A stretch of DNA of 64,000 nucleotides. Source: Eledone cirrhosa. Taxonomy: Eukaryota. The translations under genes and the position numbers were made by a program. Positions within the stretch are counted from its first letter, which is position 1, and each line of letters opens with the position of its first letter. The stretch covers positions 15,001 to 79,000 of the forward strand of contig CAXHJY010000607.1 of NCBI GenBank assembly GCA_964016885.1. Reading direction: 5' to 3'. Shown here piece after piece: positions 42,363 to 56,200 of this stretch. The notes under the pieces are model-generated. The model did no database searches. It saw nothing but the letters and a program-made list of their open reading frames with translations, and was not told the origin of the DNA.

Positions 42363-45300
42363 TTACGGAGATATCTTGCTGAAATTCACGCCACACATAG
42401 CCAATGAGTGTCTGCACATGTACCAGTAATTACAGATCGATCCGACCACGGGCGGCCGGCCCGCGCTTGAAAAGGTAACTCCGCCGGCAAATCGCCATTT
42501 TTGGATTCGTTTTCTTCGAAGCACACCATTCGCCGGCGGACTTTGTTGACGTTTAACACGGTTTGGTTCCACAGCCACAACTATTGATTTTACGGAGATA
42601 TCTTGCTGAAATTCACGCCACACATAGCCAATGAGTGTCTGCACATGTACCAGTAATTACAGATCGATCCGACCACGGGCGGCCGGCCCGCGATTGAAAA
42701 GGTAACTCCGCCGGCAAATCGTCATTTTTGGATTCGTTTTCTTCGAAGCACACCATTCGCCGGCGGACTTTGCTGACGTTTAACACGGTTTGGTTCCACA
42801 GCCACAACTATTGATTTTACGGAGATATCTTGCTGAAATTCACGCCACACATAGCCAATGAGTGTCTGCACATGTACCAGTAATTACAGATCGATCCGAC
42901 CACGGGCGGCCGGCCCGCGATTGAAAAGGTAACTCCGCCGGCAAATCGTCATTTTTGGATTCGTTTTCTTCGAAGCACACCATTCGCCGGCGGACTTTGT
43001 TGACGTTTAACACGGTTTGGTTCCACAGCGACAACTATTGATTTTACGGAGATATCTTGCTGAAATTCACGCCACACATAGCCAATGAGTGTCTGCACAT
43101 GTACCAGTAATTACAGATCGATCCGACCACGGGCGGCCGGCCCGCGATTGAAAAGGTAACTCCGCCGGCAAATCGTCATTTTTGGATTCGTTTTCTTCGA
43201 AGCACACCATTCGCCGGCGGACTTTGCTGACTTTTAACACGGTTTGGTTCCACAGCCACAACTATTGATTTCACGGAGATATCTTGCTGAAATTCACGCC
43301 ACACATAGCCAATGAGTGTCTGCACATGTACCAGTAATTACAGATCGATCCGACCACGGGCGGCCGGCCCGCGATTGAAAAGGTAACTCCGCCGGCAAAT
43401 CGCCATTTTTGGATTCGTTTTCTTCGAAGCACACCATTCGCCGGCGGACTTTGTTGACGTTTAACACGGTTTGGTTCCACAGCCACAACTATTGATTTTA
43501 CCGAGATATCTTGCTGAAATTCACGCCACACATAGCCAATGAGTGTCTGCACATGTACCAGTAATTACAGATCGATCCGACCACGGGCGGCCGGCCCGCG
43601 ATTGAAAAGGTAACTCCGCCGGCAAATCGCCATTTTTGGATTCGTTTTCTTCGAAGCACACCATTCGCCGGCGGACTTTGTTGACGTTTAACACGGTTTG
43701 GTTCCACAGCCACAACTATTGATTTTACGGAGATATCTTGCTGAAATTCACGCCACACATAGCCAATGAGTGTCTGCACATGTACCAGTAATTACAGATC
43801 GATCCGACCACGGGCGGCCGGCCCGCGATTGAAAAGGTAACTCCGCCGGCAAATCGTCATTTTTGGATTCGTTTTCTTCGAAGCACACCATTCGCCGGCG
43901 GACTTTGCTGACGTTTAACACGGTTTGGTTCCACAGCCACAACTATTGATTTTACGGAGATATCTTGCTGAAATTCACGCCACACATAGCCAATGAGTGT
44001 CTGCACATGTACCAGTAATTACAGATCGATCCGACCACGGGCGGCCGGCCCGCGATTGAAAAGGTAACTCCGCCGGCAAATCGTCATTTTTGGATTCGTT
44101 TTCTTCGAAGCACACCATTCGCCGGCGGACTTTGTTGACGTTTAACACGGTTTGGTTCCACAGCGACAACTATTGATTTTACGGAGATATCTTGCTGAAA
44201 TTCACGCCACACATAGCCAATGAGTGTCTGCACATGTACCAGTAATTACAGATCGATCCGACCACGGGCGGCCGGCCCGCGATTGAAAAGGTAACTCCGC
44301 CGGCAAATCGTCATTTTTGGATTCGTTTTCTTCGAAGCACACCATTCGCCGGCGGACTTTGCTGACTTTTAACACGGTTTGGTTCCACAGCCACAACTAT
44401 TGATTTCACGGAGATATCTTGCTGAAATTCACGCCACACATAGCCAATGAGTGTCTGCACATGTACCAGTAATTACAGATCGATCCGACCACGGGCGGCC
44501 GGCCCGCGATTGAAAAGGTAACTCCGCCGGCAAATCGCCATTTTTGGATTCGTTTTCTTCGAAGCACACCATTCGCCGGCGGACTTTGTTGACGTTTAAC
44601 ACGGTTTGGTTCCACAGCCACAACTATTGATTTTACCGAGATATCTTGCTGAAATTCACGCCACACATAGCCAATGAGTGTCTGCACATGTACCAGTAAT
44701 TACAGATCGATCCGACCACGGGCGGCCGGCCCGCGATTGAAAAGGTAACTCCGCCGGCAAATCGCCATTTTTGGATTCGTTTTCTTCGAAGCACACCATT
44801 CGCCGGCGGACTTTGTTGACGTTTAACACGGTTTGGTTCCACAGCCACAACTATTGATTTTACGGAGATATCTTGCTGAAATTCACGCCACACATAGCCA
44901 ATGAGTGTCTGCACATGTACCAGTAATTACAGATCGATCCGACCACGGGCGGCCGGCCCGCGCTTGAAAAGGTAACTCCGCCGGCAAATCGCCATTTTTG
45001 GATTCGTTTTCTTCGAAGCACACCATTCGCCGGCGGACTTTGTTGACGTTTAACACGGTTTGGTTCCACAGCCACAACTATTGATTTTACGGAGATATCT
45101 TGCTGAAATTCACGCCACACATAGCCAATGAGTGTCTGCACATGTACCAGTAATTACAGATCGATCCGACCACGGGCGGCCGGCCCGCGATTGAAAAGGT
45201 AACTCCGCCGGCAAATCGTCATTTTTGGATTCGTTTTCTTCGAAGCACACCATTCGCCGGCGGACTTTGCTGACGTTTAACACGGTTTGGTTCCACAGCC

Positions 45301-46221
45301 ACAACTATTGATTTTACGGAGATATCTTGCTGAAATTCACGCCACACATAGCCAATGAGTGTCTGCACATGTACCAGTAATTACAGATCGATCCGACCAC
45401 GGGCGGCCGGCCCGCGATTGAAAAGGTAACTCCGCCGGCAAATCGTCATTTTTGGATTCGTTTTCTTCGAAGCACACCATTCGCCGGCGGACTTTGTTGA
45501 CGTTTAACACGGTTTGGTTCCACAGCGACAACTATTGATTTTACGGAGATATCTTGCTGAAATTCACGCCACACATAGCCAATGAGTGTCTGCACATGTA
45601 CCAGTAATTACAGATCGATCCGACCACGGGCGGCCGGCCCGCGATTGAAAAGGTAACTCCGCCGGCAAATCGTCATTTTTGGATTCGTTTTCTTCGAAGC
45701 ACACCATTCGCCGGCGGACTTTGCTGACTTTTAACACGGTTTGGTTCCACAGCCACAACTATTGATTTCACGGAGATATCTTGCTGAAATTCACGCCACA
45801 CATAGCCAATGAGTGTCTGCACATGTACCAGTAATTACAGATCGATCCGACCACGGGCGGCCGGCCCGCGATTGAAAAGGTAACTCCGCCGGCAAATCGC
45901 CATTTTTGGATTCGTTTTCTTCGAAGCACACCATTCGCCGGCGGACTTTGTTGACGTTTAACACGGTTTGGTTCCACAGCCACAACTATTGATTTTACCG
46001 AGATATCTTGCTGAAATTCACGCCACACATAGCCAATGAGTGTCTGCACATGTACCAGTAATTACAGATCGATCCGACCACGGGCGGCCGGCCCGCGATT
46101 GAAAAGGTAACTCCGCCGGCAAATCGCCATTTTTGGATTCGTTTTCTTCGAAGCACACCATTCGCCGGCGGACTTTGTTGACGTTTAACACGGTTTGGTT
46201 CCACAGCCACAACTATTGATT
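42363..46221. repeat. Three tandem copies of a 6/5/6-monomer higher-order unit
   Basis: CAGCGAC occurs at 42840/43975/45337, GACTTTTAAC at 43067/44202/45564 and TTTCACGG at 43271/44406/45768. The GCGCTT unit is at 42363 and 44860 but is missing from the middle copy. Confidence 0.9.
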
Positions 46222-47583
46222 TTACCGAGATATCTTGCTGAAATTCACGCCACACATAGCCAATGAGTGTCTGCACATGTACCAGTAATTACAGATCGAT
46301 CCGACCACGGACGGCCGGCCCGCGATTGAAAAGGTAACTCCGCCGGCAAATCGCCATTTTTGGATTCGTTTTCTTCGAAGCACACCATTCGCCGGCGGAC
46401 TTTGTTGACGTTTAACACGGTTTGGTTCCACAGCCACAACTATTGATTTTACGGAGATATCTTGCTGAAATTCACGCCACACATAGCCAATGAGTGTCTG
46501 CACATGTACCGGTAATTACAGATCGATCCGACCACGGGCGGCCGGCCCGCGATTGAAAAGGTAACTCCGCCGGCAAATCGCCATTTTTGGATTCGTTTTC
46601 TTCGAAGCACACCATTCGCCGGCGGACTTTGTTGACGTTTAACACGGTTTGGTTCCACAGCCACAACTATTGATTTTACCGAGATATCTTGCTGAAATTC
46701 ACGCCACACATAGCCAATGAGTGTCTGCACATGTACCAGTAATTACAGATCGATCCGACCACGGGCGGCCGGCCCGCGATTGAAAAGGTAACTCCGCCGG
46801 CAAATCGCCATTTTTGGATTCGTTTTCTTCGAAGCACACCATTCGCCGGCGGACTTTGTTGACGTTTAACACGGTTTGGTTCCACAGCCACAACTATTGA
46901 TTTTACCGAGATATCTTGCTGAAATTCACGCCACACATAGCCAATGAGTGTCTGCACATGTACCAGTAATTACAGATCGATCCGACCACGGACGGCCGGC
47001 CCGCGATTGAAAAGGTAACTCCGCCGGCAAATCGCCATTTTTGGATTCGTTTTCTTCGAAGCACACCATTCGCCGGCGGACTTTGTTGACGTTTAACACG
47101 GTTTGGTTCCACAGCCACAACTATTGATTTTACGGAGATATCTTGCTGAAATTCACGCCACACATAGCCAATGAGTGTCTGCACATGTACCAGTAATTAC
47201 AGATCGATCCGACCACGGGCGGCCGGCCCGCGATTGAAAAGGTAACTCCGCCGGCAAATCGCCATTTTTGGATTCGTTTTCTTCGAAGCACACCATTCGC
47301 CGGCGGACTTTGTTGACGTTTAACACGGTTTGGTTCCACAGCCACAACTATTGATTTTACCGAGATATCTTGCTGAAATTCACGCCACACATAGCCAATG
47401 AGTGTCTGCACATGTACCAGTAATTACAGATCGATCCGACCACGGGCGGCCGGCCCGCGATTGAAAAGGTAACTCCGCCGGCAAATCGCCATTTTTGGAT
47501 TCGTTTTCTTCGAAGCACACCATTCGCCGGCGGACTTTGTTGACGTTTAACACGGTTTGGTTCCACAGCCACAACTATTGATT

Positions 47584-50500
47584 TTACGGAGATATCTTGC
47601 TGAAATTCACGCCACACATAGCCAATGAGTGTCTGCACATGTACCAGTAATTACAGATCGATCCGACCACGGGCGGCCGGCCCGCGATTGAAAAGGTAAC
47701 TCCGCCGGCAAATCGCCATTTTTGGATTCGTTTTCTTCGAAGCACACCATTCGCCGGCGGACTTTGTTGACGTTTAACACGGTTTGGTTCCACAGCCACA
47801 ACTATTGATTTTACGGAGATATCTTGCTGAAATTCACGCCACACATAGCCAATGAGTGTCTGCACATGTACCAGTAATTACAGATCGATCCGACCACGGG
47901 CGGCCGGCCCGCGATTGAAAAGGTAACTCCGCCGGCAAATCGCCATTTTTGGATTCGTTTTCTTCGAAGCACACCATTCGCCGGCGGACTTTGTTGACGT
48001 TTAACACGGTTTGGTTCCACAGCCACAACTATTGATTTTACGGAGATATCTTGCTGAAATTCACGCCACACATAGCCAATGAGGGTCTGCACATGTACCA
48101 GTAATTACAGATCGATCCGACCACGGGCGGCCGGCCCGCGATTGAAAAGGTAACTCCGCCGGCAAATCGTCATTTTTGGATTCGTTTTCTTCGAAGCACA
48201 CCATTCGCCGGCGGACTTTGCTGACGTTTAACACGGTTTGGTTCCACAGCCACAACTATTGATTTTACGGAGATATCTTGCTGAAATTCACGCCACACAT
48301 AGCCAATGAGTGTCTGCACATGTACCAGTAATTACAGATCGATCCGACCACGGGCGGCCGACCCGCGATTGAAAAGGTAACTCCGCCGGCAAATCGCCAT
48401 TTTTGGATTCGTTTTCTTCGAAGCACACCATTCGCCGGCGGACTTTGTTGACGTTTAACACGGTTTGGTTCCACAGCCACAACTATTGATTTTACGGAGA
48501 TATCTTGCTGAAATTCACGCCACACATAGCCAATGAGTGTCTGCACATGTACCAGTAATTACAGATCGATCCGACCACGGGCGGCCGGCCCGCGATTGAA
48601 AAGGTAACTCCGCCGGCAAATCGCCATTTTTGGATTCGTTTTCTTCGAAGCACACCATTCGCCGGCGGACTTTGTTGACGTTTAACACGGTTTGGTTCCA
48701 CAGCCACAACTATTGATTTTACCGAGATATCTTGCTGAAATTCACGCCACACATAGCCAATGAGTGTCTGCACATGTACCAGTAATTACAGATCGATCCG
48801 ACCACGGGCGGCCGGCCCGCGATTGAAAAGGTAACTCCGCCGGCAAATCGCCATTTTTGGATTCGTTTTCTTCGAAGCACACCATTCGCCGGCGGACTTT
48901 GTTGACGTTTAACACGGTTTGGTTCCACAGCCACAACTATTGATTTTACGGAGATATCTTGCTGAAATTCACGCCACACATAGCCAATGAGTGTCTGCAC
49001 ATGTACCAGTAATTACAGATCGATCCGACCACGGGCGGCCGGCCCGCGATTGAAAAGGTAACTCCGCCGGCAAATCGTCATTCTTGGATTCGTTTTCTTC
49101 GAAGCACACCATTCGCCGGCGGACTTTGTTGACGTTTAACACGGTTTGGTTCCACAGCCACAACTATTGATTTTACGGAGATATCTTGCTGAAATTCACG
49201 CCACACATAGCCAATGAGTGTCTGCACATGTACCAGTAATTACAGATCGATCCGACCACGGGCGGCCGGCCCGCGATTGAAAAGGTAACTCCGCCGGCAA
49301 ATCGTCATTTTTGGATTCGTTTTCTTCGAAGCACACCATTCGCCGGCGGACTTTGCTGACGTTTAACACGGTTTGGTTCCACAGCCACAACTATTGATTT
49401 TACGGAGATATCTTGCTGAAATTCACGCCACACATAGCCAATGAGTGTCTGCACATGTACCAGTAATTACAGATCGATCCGACCACGGGCGGCCGGCCCG
49501 CGATTGAAAAGGTAACTCCGCCGGCAAATCGCCATTTTTGGATTCGTTTTCTTCGAAGCACACCATTCGCCGGCGGACTTTGTTGACGTTTAACACGGTT
49601 TGGTTCCACAGCCACAACTATTGATTTTACGGAGATATCTTGCTGAAATTCACGCCACACATAGCCAATGAGTGTCTGCACATGTACCAGTAATTACAGA
49701 TCGATCCGACCACGGGCGGCCGGCCCGCGATTGAAAAGGTAACTCCGCCGGCAAATCGCCATTTTTGGATTCGTTTTCTTCGAAGCACACCATTCGCCGG
49801 CGGACTTTGTTGACGTTTAACACGGTTTGGTTCCACAGCCACAACTATTGATTTTACGGAGATATCTTGCTGAAATTCACGCCACACATAGCCAATGAGG
49901 GTCTGCACATGTACCAGTAATTACAGATCGATCCGACCACGGGCGGCCGGCCCGCGATTGAAAAGGTAACTCCGCCGGCAAATCGTCATTTTTGGATTCG
50001 TTTTCTTCGAAGCACACCATTCGCCGGCGGACTTTGCTGACGTTTAACACGGTTTGGTTCCACAGCCACAACTATTGATTTTACGGAGATATCTTGCTGA
50101 AATTCACGCCACACATAGCCAATGAGTGTCTGCACATGTACCAGTAATTACAGATCGATCCGACCACGGGCGGCCGACCCGCGATTGAAAAGGTAACTCC
50201 GCCGGCAAATCGCCATTTTTGGATTCGTTTTCTTCGAAGCACACCATTCGCCGGCGGACTTTGTTGACGTTTAACACGGTTTGGTTCCACAGCCACAACT
50301 ATTGATTTTACGGAGATATCTTGCTGAAATTCACGCCACACATAGCCAATGAGTGTCTGCACATGTACCAGTAATTACAGATCGATCCGACCACGGGCGG
50401 CCGGCCCGCGATTGAAAAGGTAACTCCGCCGGCAAATCGCCATTTTTGGATTCGTTTTCTTCGAAGCACACCATTCGCCGGCGGACTTTGTTGACGTTTA

Positions 50501-51442
50501 ACACGGTTTGGTTCCACAGCCACAACTATTGATTTTACCGAGATATCTTGCTGAAATTCACGCCACACATAGCCAATGAGTGTCTGCACATGTACCAGTA
50601 ATTACAGATCGATCCGACCACGGGCGGCCGGCCCGCGATTGAAAAGGTAACTCCGCCGGCAAATCGCCATTTTTGGATTCGTTTTCTTCGAAGCACACCA
50701 TTCGCCGGCGGACTTTGTTGACGTTTAACACGGTTTGGTTCCACAGCCACAACTATTGATTTTACGGAGATATCTTGCTGAAATTCACGCCACACATAGC
50801 CAATGAGTGTCTGCACATGTACCAGTAATTACAGATCGATCCGACCACGGGCGGCCGGCCCGCGATTGAAAAGGTAACTCCGCCGGCAAATCGTCATTTT
50901 TGGATTCGTTTTCTTCGAAGCACACCATTCGCCGGCGGACTTTGTTGACGTTTAACACGGTTTGGTTCCACAGCCACAACTATTGATTTTACGGAGATAT
51001 CTTGCTGAAATTCACGCCACACATAGCCAATGAGTGTCTGCACATGTACCAGTAATTACAGATCGATCCGACCACGGGCGGCCGGCCCGCGATTGAAAAG
51101 GTAACTCCGCCGGCAAATCGTCATTTTTGGATTCGTTTTCTTCGAAGCACACCATTCGCCGGCGGACTTTGCTGACGTTTAACACGGTTTGGTTCCACAG
51201 CCACAACTATTGATTTTACGGAGATATCTTGCTGAAATTCACGCCACACATAGCCAATGAGTGTCTGCACATGTACCAGTAATTACAGATCGATCCGACC
51301 ACGGGCGGCCGGCCCGCGATTGAAAAGGTAACTCCGCCGGCAAATCGCCATTTTTGGATTCGTTTTCTTCGAAGCACACCATTCGCCGGCGGACTTTGTT
51401 GACGTTTAACACGGTTTGGTTCCACAGCCACAACTATTGATT
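47584..51442. repeat. Tandem 8-monomer higher-order repeat (1816 bp), about 2 copies
   Basis: GAGGGTC 48061/49877, CCGACCC 48288/50104, ACCGAG 48719/50535 and the GTC units 48969/50785 and 49196/51012 are all 1816 bp apart. Confidence 0.9.
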
Positions 51443-53258
51443 TTACGGAGATATCTTGCTGAAATTCACGCCACACATAGCCAATGAGGGTCTGCACATG
51501 TACCAGTAATTACAGATCGATCCGACCACGGGCGGCCGGCCCGCGATTGAAAAGGTAACTCCGCCGGCAAATCGTCATTTTTGGATTCGTTTTCTTCGAA
51601 GCACACCATTCGCCGGCGGACTTTGCTGACGTTTAACACGGTTTGGTTCCACAGCCACAACTATTGATTTTACGGAGATATCTTGCTGAAATTCACGCCA
51701 CACATAGCCAATGAGTGTCTGCACATGTACCAGTAATTACAGATCGATCCGACCACGGGCGGCCGGCCCGCGATTGAAAAGGTAACTCCGCCGGCAAATC
51801 GTCATTTTTGGATTCGTTTTCTTCGAAGCACACCATTCGCCGGCGGACTTTGCTGACGTTTAACACGGTTTGGTTCCACAGCCACAACTATTGATTTTAC
51901 GGAGATATCTTGCTGAAATTCACGCCACACATAGCCAATGAGTGTCTGCACATGTACCAGTAATTACAGATCGATCCGACCACGGGCGGCCGACCCGCGA
52001 TTGAAAAGGTAACTCCGCCGGCAAATCGCCATTTTTGGATTCGTTTTCTTCGAAGCACACCATTCGCCGGCGGACTTTGTTGACGTTTAACACGGTTTGG
52101 TTCCACAGCCACAACTATTGATTTTACCGAGATATCTTGCTGAAATTCACGCCACACATAGCCAATGAGTGTCTGCACATGTACCAGTAATTACAGATCG
52201 ATCCGACCACGGGCGGCCGGCCCGCGATTGAAAAGGTAACTCCGCCGGCAAATCGCCATTTTTGGATTCGTTTTCTTCGAAGCACACCATTCGCCGGCGG
52301 ACTTTGTTGACGTTTAACACGGTTTGGTTCCACAGCCACAACTATTGATTTTACCGAGATATCTTGCTGAAATTCACGCCACACATAGCCAATGAGTGTC
52401 TGCACATGTACCAGTAATTACAGATCGATCCGACCACGGACGGCCGGCCCGCGATTGAAAAGGTAACTCCGCCGGCAAATCGCCATTTTTGGATTCGTTT
52501 TCTTCGAAGCACACCATTCGCCGGCGGACTTTGTTGACGTTTAACACGGTTTGGTTCCACAGCCACAACTATTGATTTTACGGAGATATCTTGCTGAAAT
52601 TCACGCCACACATAGCCAATGAGTGTCTGCACATGTACCAGTAATTACAGATCGATCCGACCACGGGCGGCCGGCCCGCGATTGAAAAGGTAACTCCGCC
52701 GGCAAATCGCCATTTTTGGATTCGTTTTCTTCGAAGCACACCATTCGCCGGCGGACTTTGTTGACGTTTAACACGGTTTGGTTCCACAGCCACAACTATT
52801 GATTTTACCGAGATATCTTGCTGAAATTCACGCCACACATAGCCAATGAGTGTCTGCACATGTACCAGTAATTACAGATCGATCCGACCACGGGCGGCCG
52901 GCCCGCGATTGAAAAGGTAACTCCGCCGGCAAATCGCCATTTTTGGATTCGTTTTCTTCGAAGCACACCATTCGCCGGCGGACTTTGTTGACGTTTAACA
53001 CGGTTTGGTTCCACAGCCACAACTATTGATTTTACGGAGATATCTTGCTGAAATTCACGCCACACATAGCCAATGAGTGTCTGCACATGTACCAGTAATT
53101 ACAGATCGATCCGACCACGGGCGGCCGGCCCGCGATTGAAAAGGTAACTCCGCCGGCAAATCGCCATTTTTGGATTCGTTTTCTTCGAAGCACACCATTC
53201 GCCGGCGGACTTTGTTGACGTTTAACACGGTTTGGTTCCACAGCCACAACTATTGATT

Positions 53259-56200
53259 TTACGGAGATATCTTGCTGAAATTCACGCCACACATAGCCAA
53301 TGAGTGTCTGCACATGTACCAGTAATTACAGATCGATCCGACCACGGGCGGCCGGCCCGCGATTGAAAAGGTAACTCCGCCGGCAAATCGTCATTTTTGG
53401 ATTCGTTTTCTTCGAAGCACACCATTCGCCGGCGGACTTTGCTGACGTTTAACACGGTTTGGTTCCACAGCCACAACTATTGATTTTACGGAGATATCTT
53501 GCTGAAATTCACGCCACACATAGCCAATGAGTGTCTGCACATGTACCAGTAATTACAGATCGATCCGACCACGGGCGGCCGGGCCGTGATTGAAAAGGTA
53601 ACTCCGCCGGCAAATCGTCATTTTTGGATTCGTTTTCTTCGAAGCACACCATTCGCCGGCGGACTTTGCTGACGTTTAACACGGTTTGGTTCCACAGCCA
53701 CAACTATTGATTTTACGGAGATATCTTGCTGAAATTCACGCCACACATAGCCAATGAGTGTCTGCACATGTACCAGTAATTACAGATCGATCCGACCACG
53801 GGCGGCCGGCCCGCGATTGAAAAGGTAACTCCGCCGGCAAATCGTCATTTTTGGATTCGTTTTCTTCGAAGCACACCATTCGCCGGCGGACTTTGTTGAC
53901 GTTTAACACGGTTTGGTTCCACAGCCACAACTATTGATTTTACGGAGATATCTTGCTGAAATTCACGCCACACATAGCCAATGAGTGTCTGCACATGTAC
54001 CAGTAATTACAGATCGATCCGACCACGGGCGGCCGGCCCGCGATTGAAAAGGTAACTCCGCCGGCAAATCGTCATTTTTGGATTCGTTTTCTTCGAAGCA
54101 CACCATTCGCCGGCGGACTTTGTTGACGTTTAACACGGTTTGGTTCCACAGCCACAACTATTGATTTTACGGAGATATCTTGCTGAAATTCACGCCACCC
54201 ATAGCCAATGAGTGTCTGCACATGTACCAGTAATTACAGATCGATACGACCACGGGCGGCCGGCCCGCGATTGAAAAGGTAACTCCGCCGGCAAATCGTC
54301 ATTTTTGGATTCGTTTTCTTCGAAGCACACCATTCGCCGGCGGACTTTGCTGACGTTTAACACGGTTTGGTTCCACAGCCACAACTATTGATTTTACGGA
54401 GATATCTTGCTGAAATTCACGCCACACATAGCCAATGAGTGTCTGCACATGTACCAGTAATTACAGATCGATCCGACCACGGGCGGCCGGCCCGCGATTG
54501 AAAAGGTAACTCCGCCGGCATATCGTCATTTTTGGATTCGTTTTCTTCGAAGCACACCATTCGCCGGCGGACTTTGTTGACGTTTAACACGGTTTGGTTC
54601 CACAGCCACAACTATTGATTTTACGGAGATATCTTGCTGAAATTCACGCCACACATAGCCAATGAGTGTCTGCACATGTACCAGTAATTACAGATCGATC
54701 CGACCACGGGCGGCCGGCCCGCGATTGAAAAGGTAACTCCGCCGGCAAATCGTCATTTTTGGATTCGTTTTCTTCGAAGCACACCATTCGCCGGCGGACT
54801 TTGTTGACGTTTAACACGGTTTGGTTCCACAGCCACAACTATTGATTTTACGGAGATATCTTGCTGAAATTCACGCCACACATAGCCAATGAGTGTCTGC
54901 ACATGTACCAGTAATTACAGATCGATCCGACCACGGGCGGCCGGGCCGTGATTGAAAAGGTAACTCCGCCGGCAAATCGTCATTTTTGGATTCGTTTTCT
55001 TCGAAGCACACCATTCGCCGGCGGACTTTGCTGACGTTTAACACGGTTTGGTTCCACAGCCACAACTATTGATTTTACGGAGATATCTTGCTGAAATTCA
55101 CGCCACACATAGCCAATGAGTGTCTGCACATGTACCAGTAATTACAGATCGATCCGACCACGGGCGGCCGGCCCGCGATTGAAAAGGTAACTCCGCCGGC
55201 AAATCGTCATTTTTGGATTCGTTTTCTTCGAAGCACACCATTCGCCGGCGGACTTTGTTGACGTTTAACACGGTTTGGTTCCACAGCCACAACTATTGAT
55301 TTTACGGAGATATCTTGCTGAAATTCACGCCACACATAGCCAATGAGTGTCTGCACATGTACCAGTAATTACAGATCGATCCGACCACGGGCGGCCGGCC
55401 CGCGATTGAAAAGGTAACTCCGCCGGCAAATCGTCATTTTTGGATTCGTTTTCTTCGAAGCACACCATTCGCCGGCGGACTTTGTTGACGTTTAACACGG
55501 TTTGGTTCCACAGCCACAACTATTGATTTTACGGAGATATCTTGCTGAAATTCACGCCACCCATAGCCAATGAGTGTCTGCACATGTACCAGTAATTACA
55601 GATCGATACGACCACGGGCGGCCGGCCCGCGATTGAAAAGGTAACTCCGCCGGCAAATCGTCATTTTTGGATTCGTTTTCTTCGAAGCACACCATTCGCC
55701 GGCGGACTTTGCTGACGTTTAACACGGTTTGGTTCCACAGCCACAACTATTGATTTTACGGAGATATCTTGCTGAAATTCACGCCACACATAGCCAATGA
55801 GTGTCTGCACATGTACCAGTAATTACAGATCGATCCGACCACGGGCGGCCGGCCCGCGATTGAAAAGGTAACTCCGCCGGCAAATCGTCATTTTTGGATT
55901 CGTTTTCTTCGAAGCACACCATTCGCCGGCGGACTTTGTTGACGTTTAACACGGTTTGGTTCCACAGCCACAACTATTGATTTTACGGAGATATCTTGCT
56001 GAAATTCACGCCACCCATAGCCAATGAGTGTCTGCACATGTACCAGTAATTACAGATCGATACGACCACGGGCGGCCGGCCCGCGATTGAAAAGGTAACT
56101 CCGCCGGGAAATCGTCATTTTTGGATTCGTTTTCTTCGAAGCACACCATTCGCCGGCGGACTTTGCTGACGTTTAACACGGTTTGGTTCCACAGCCACAA

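Larger units (their letters stand above)
21933..53258. repeat. Subfamily domain dominated by the ATCGCCATT allele
   Basis: Most monomers read ATCGCCATTTTT, so the 93-aa ORF is open. ACCGAG and GGACGG variants are frequent. I saw no GGGCCGTG or CCACCC variants in this interval. Confidence 0.88.
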
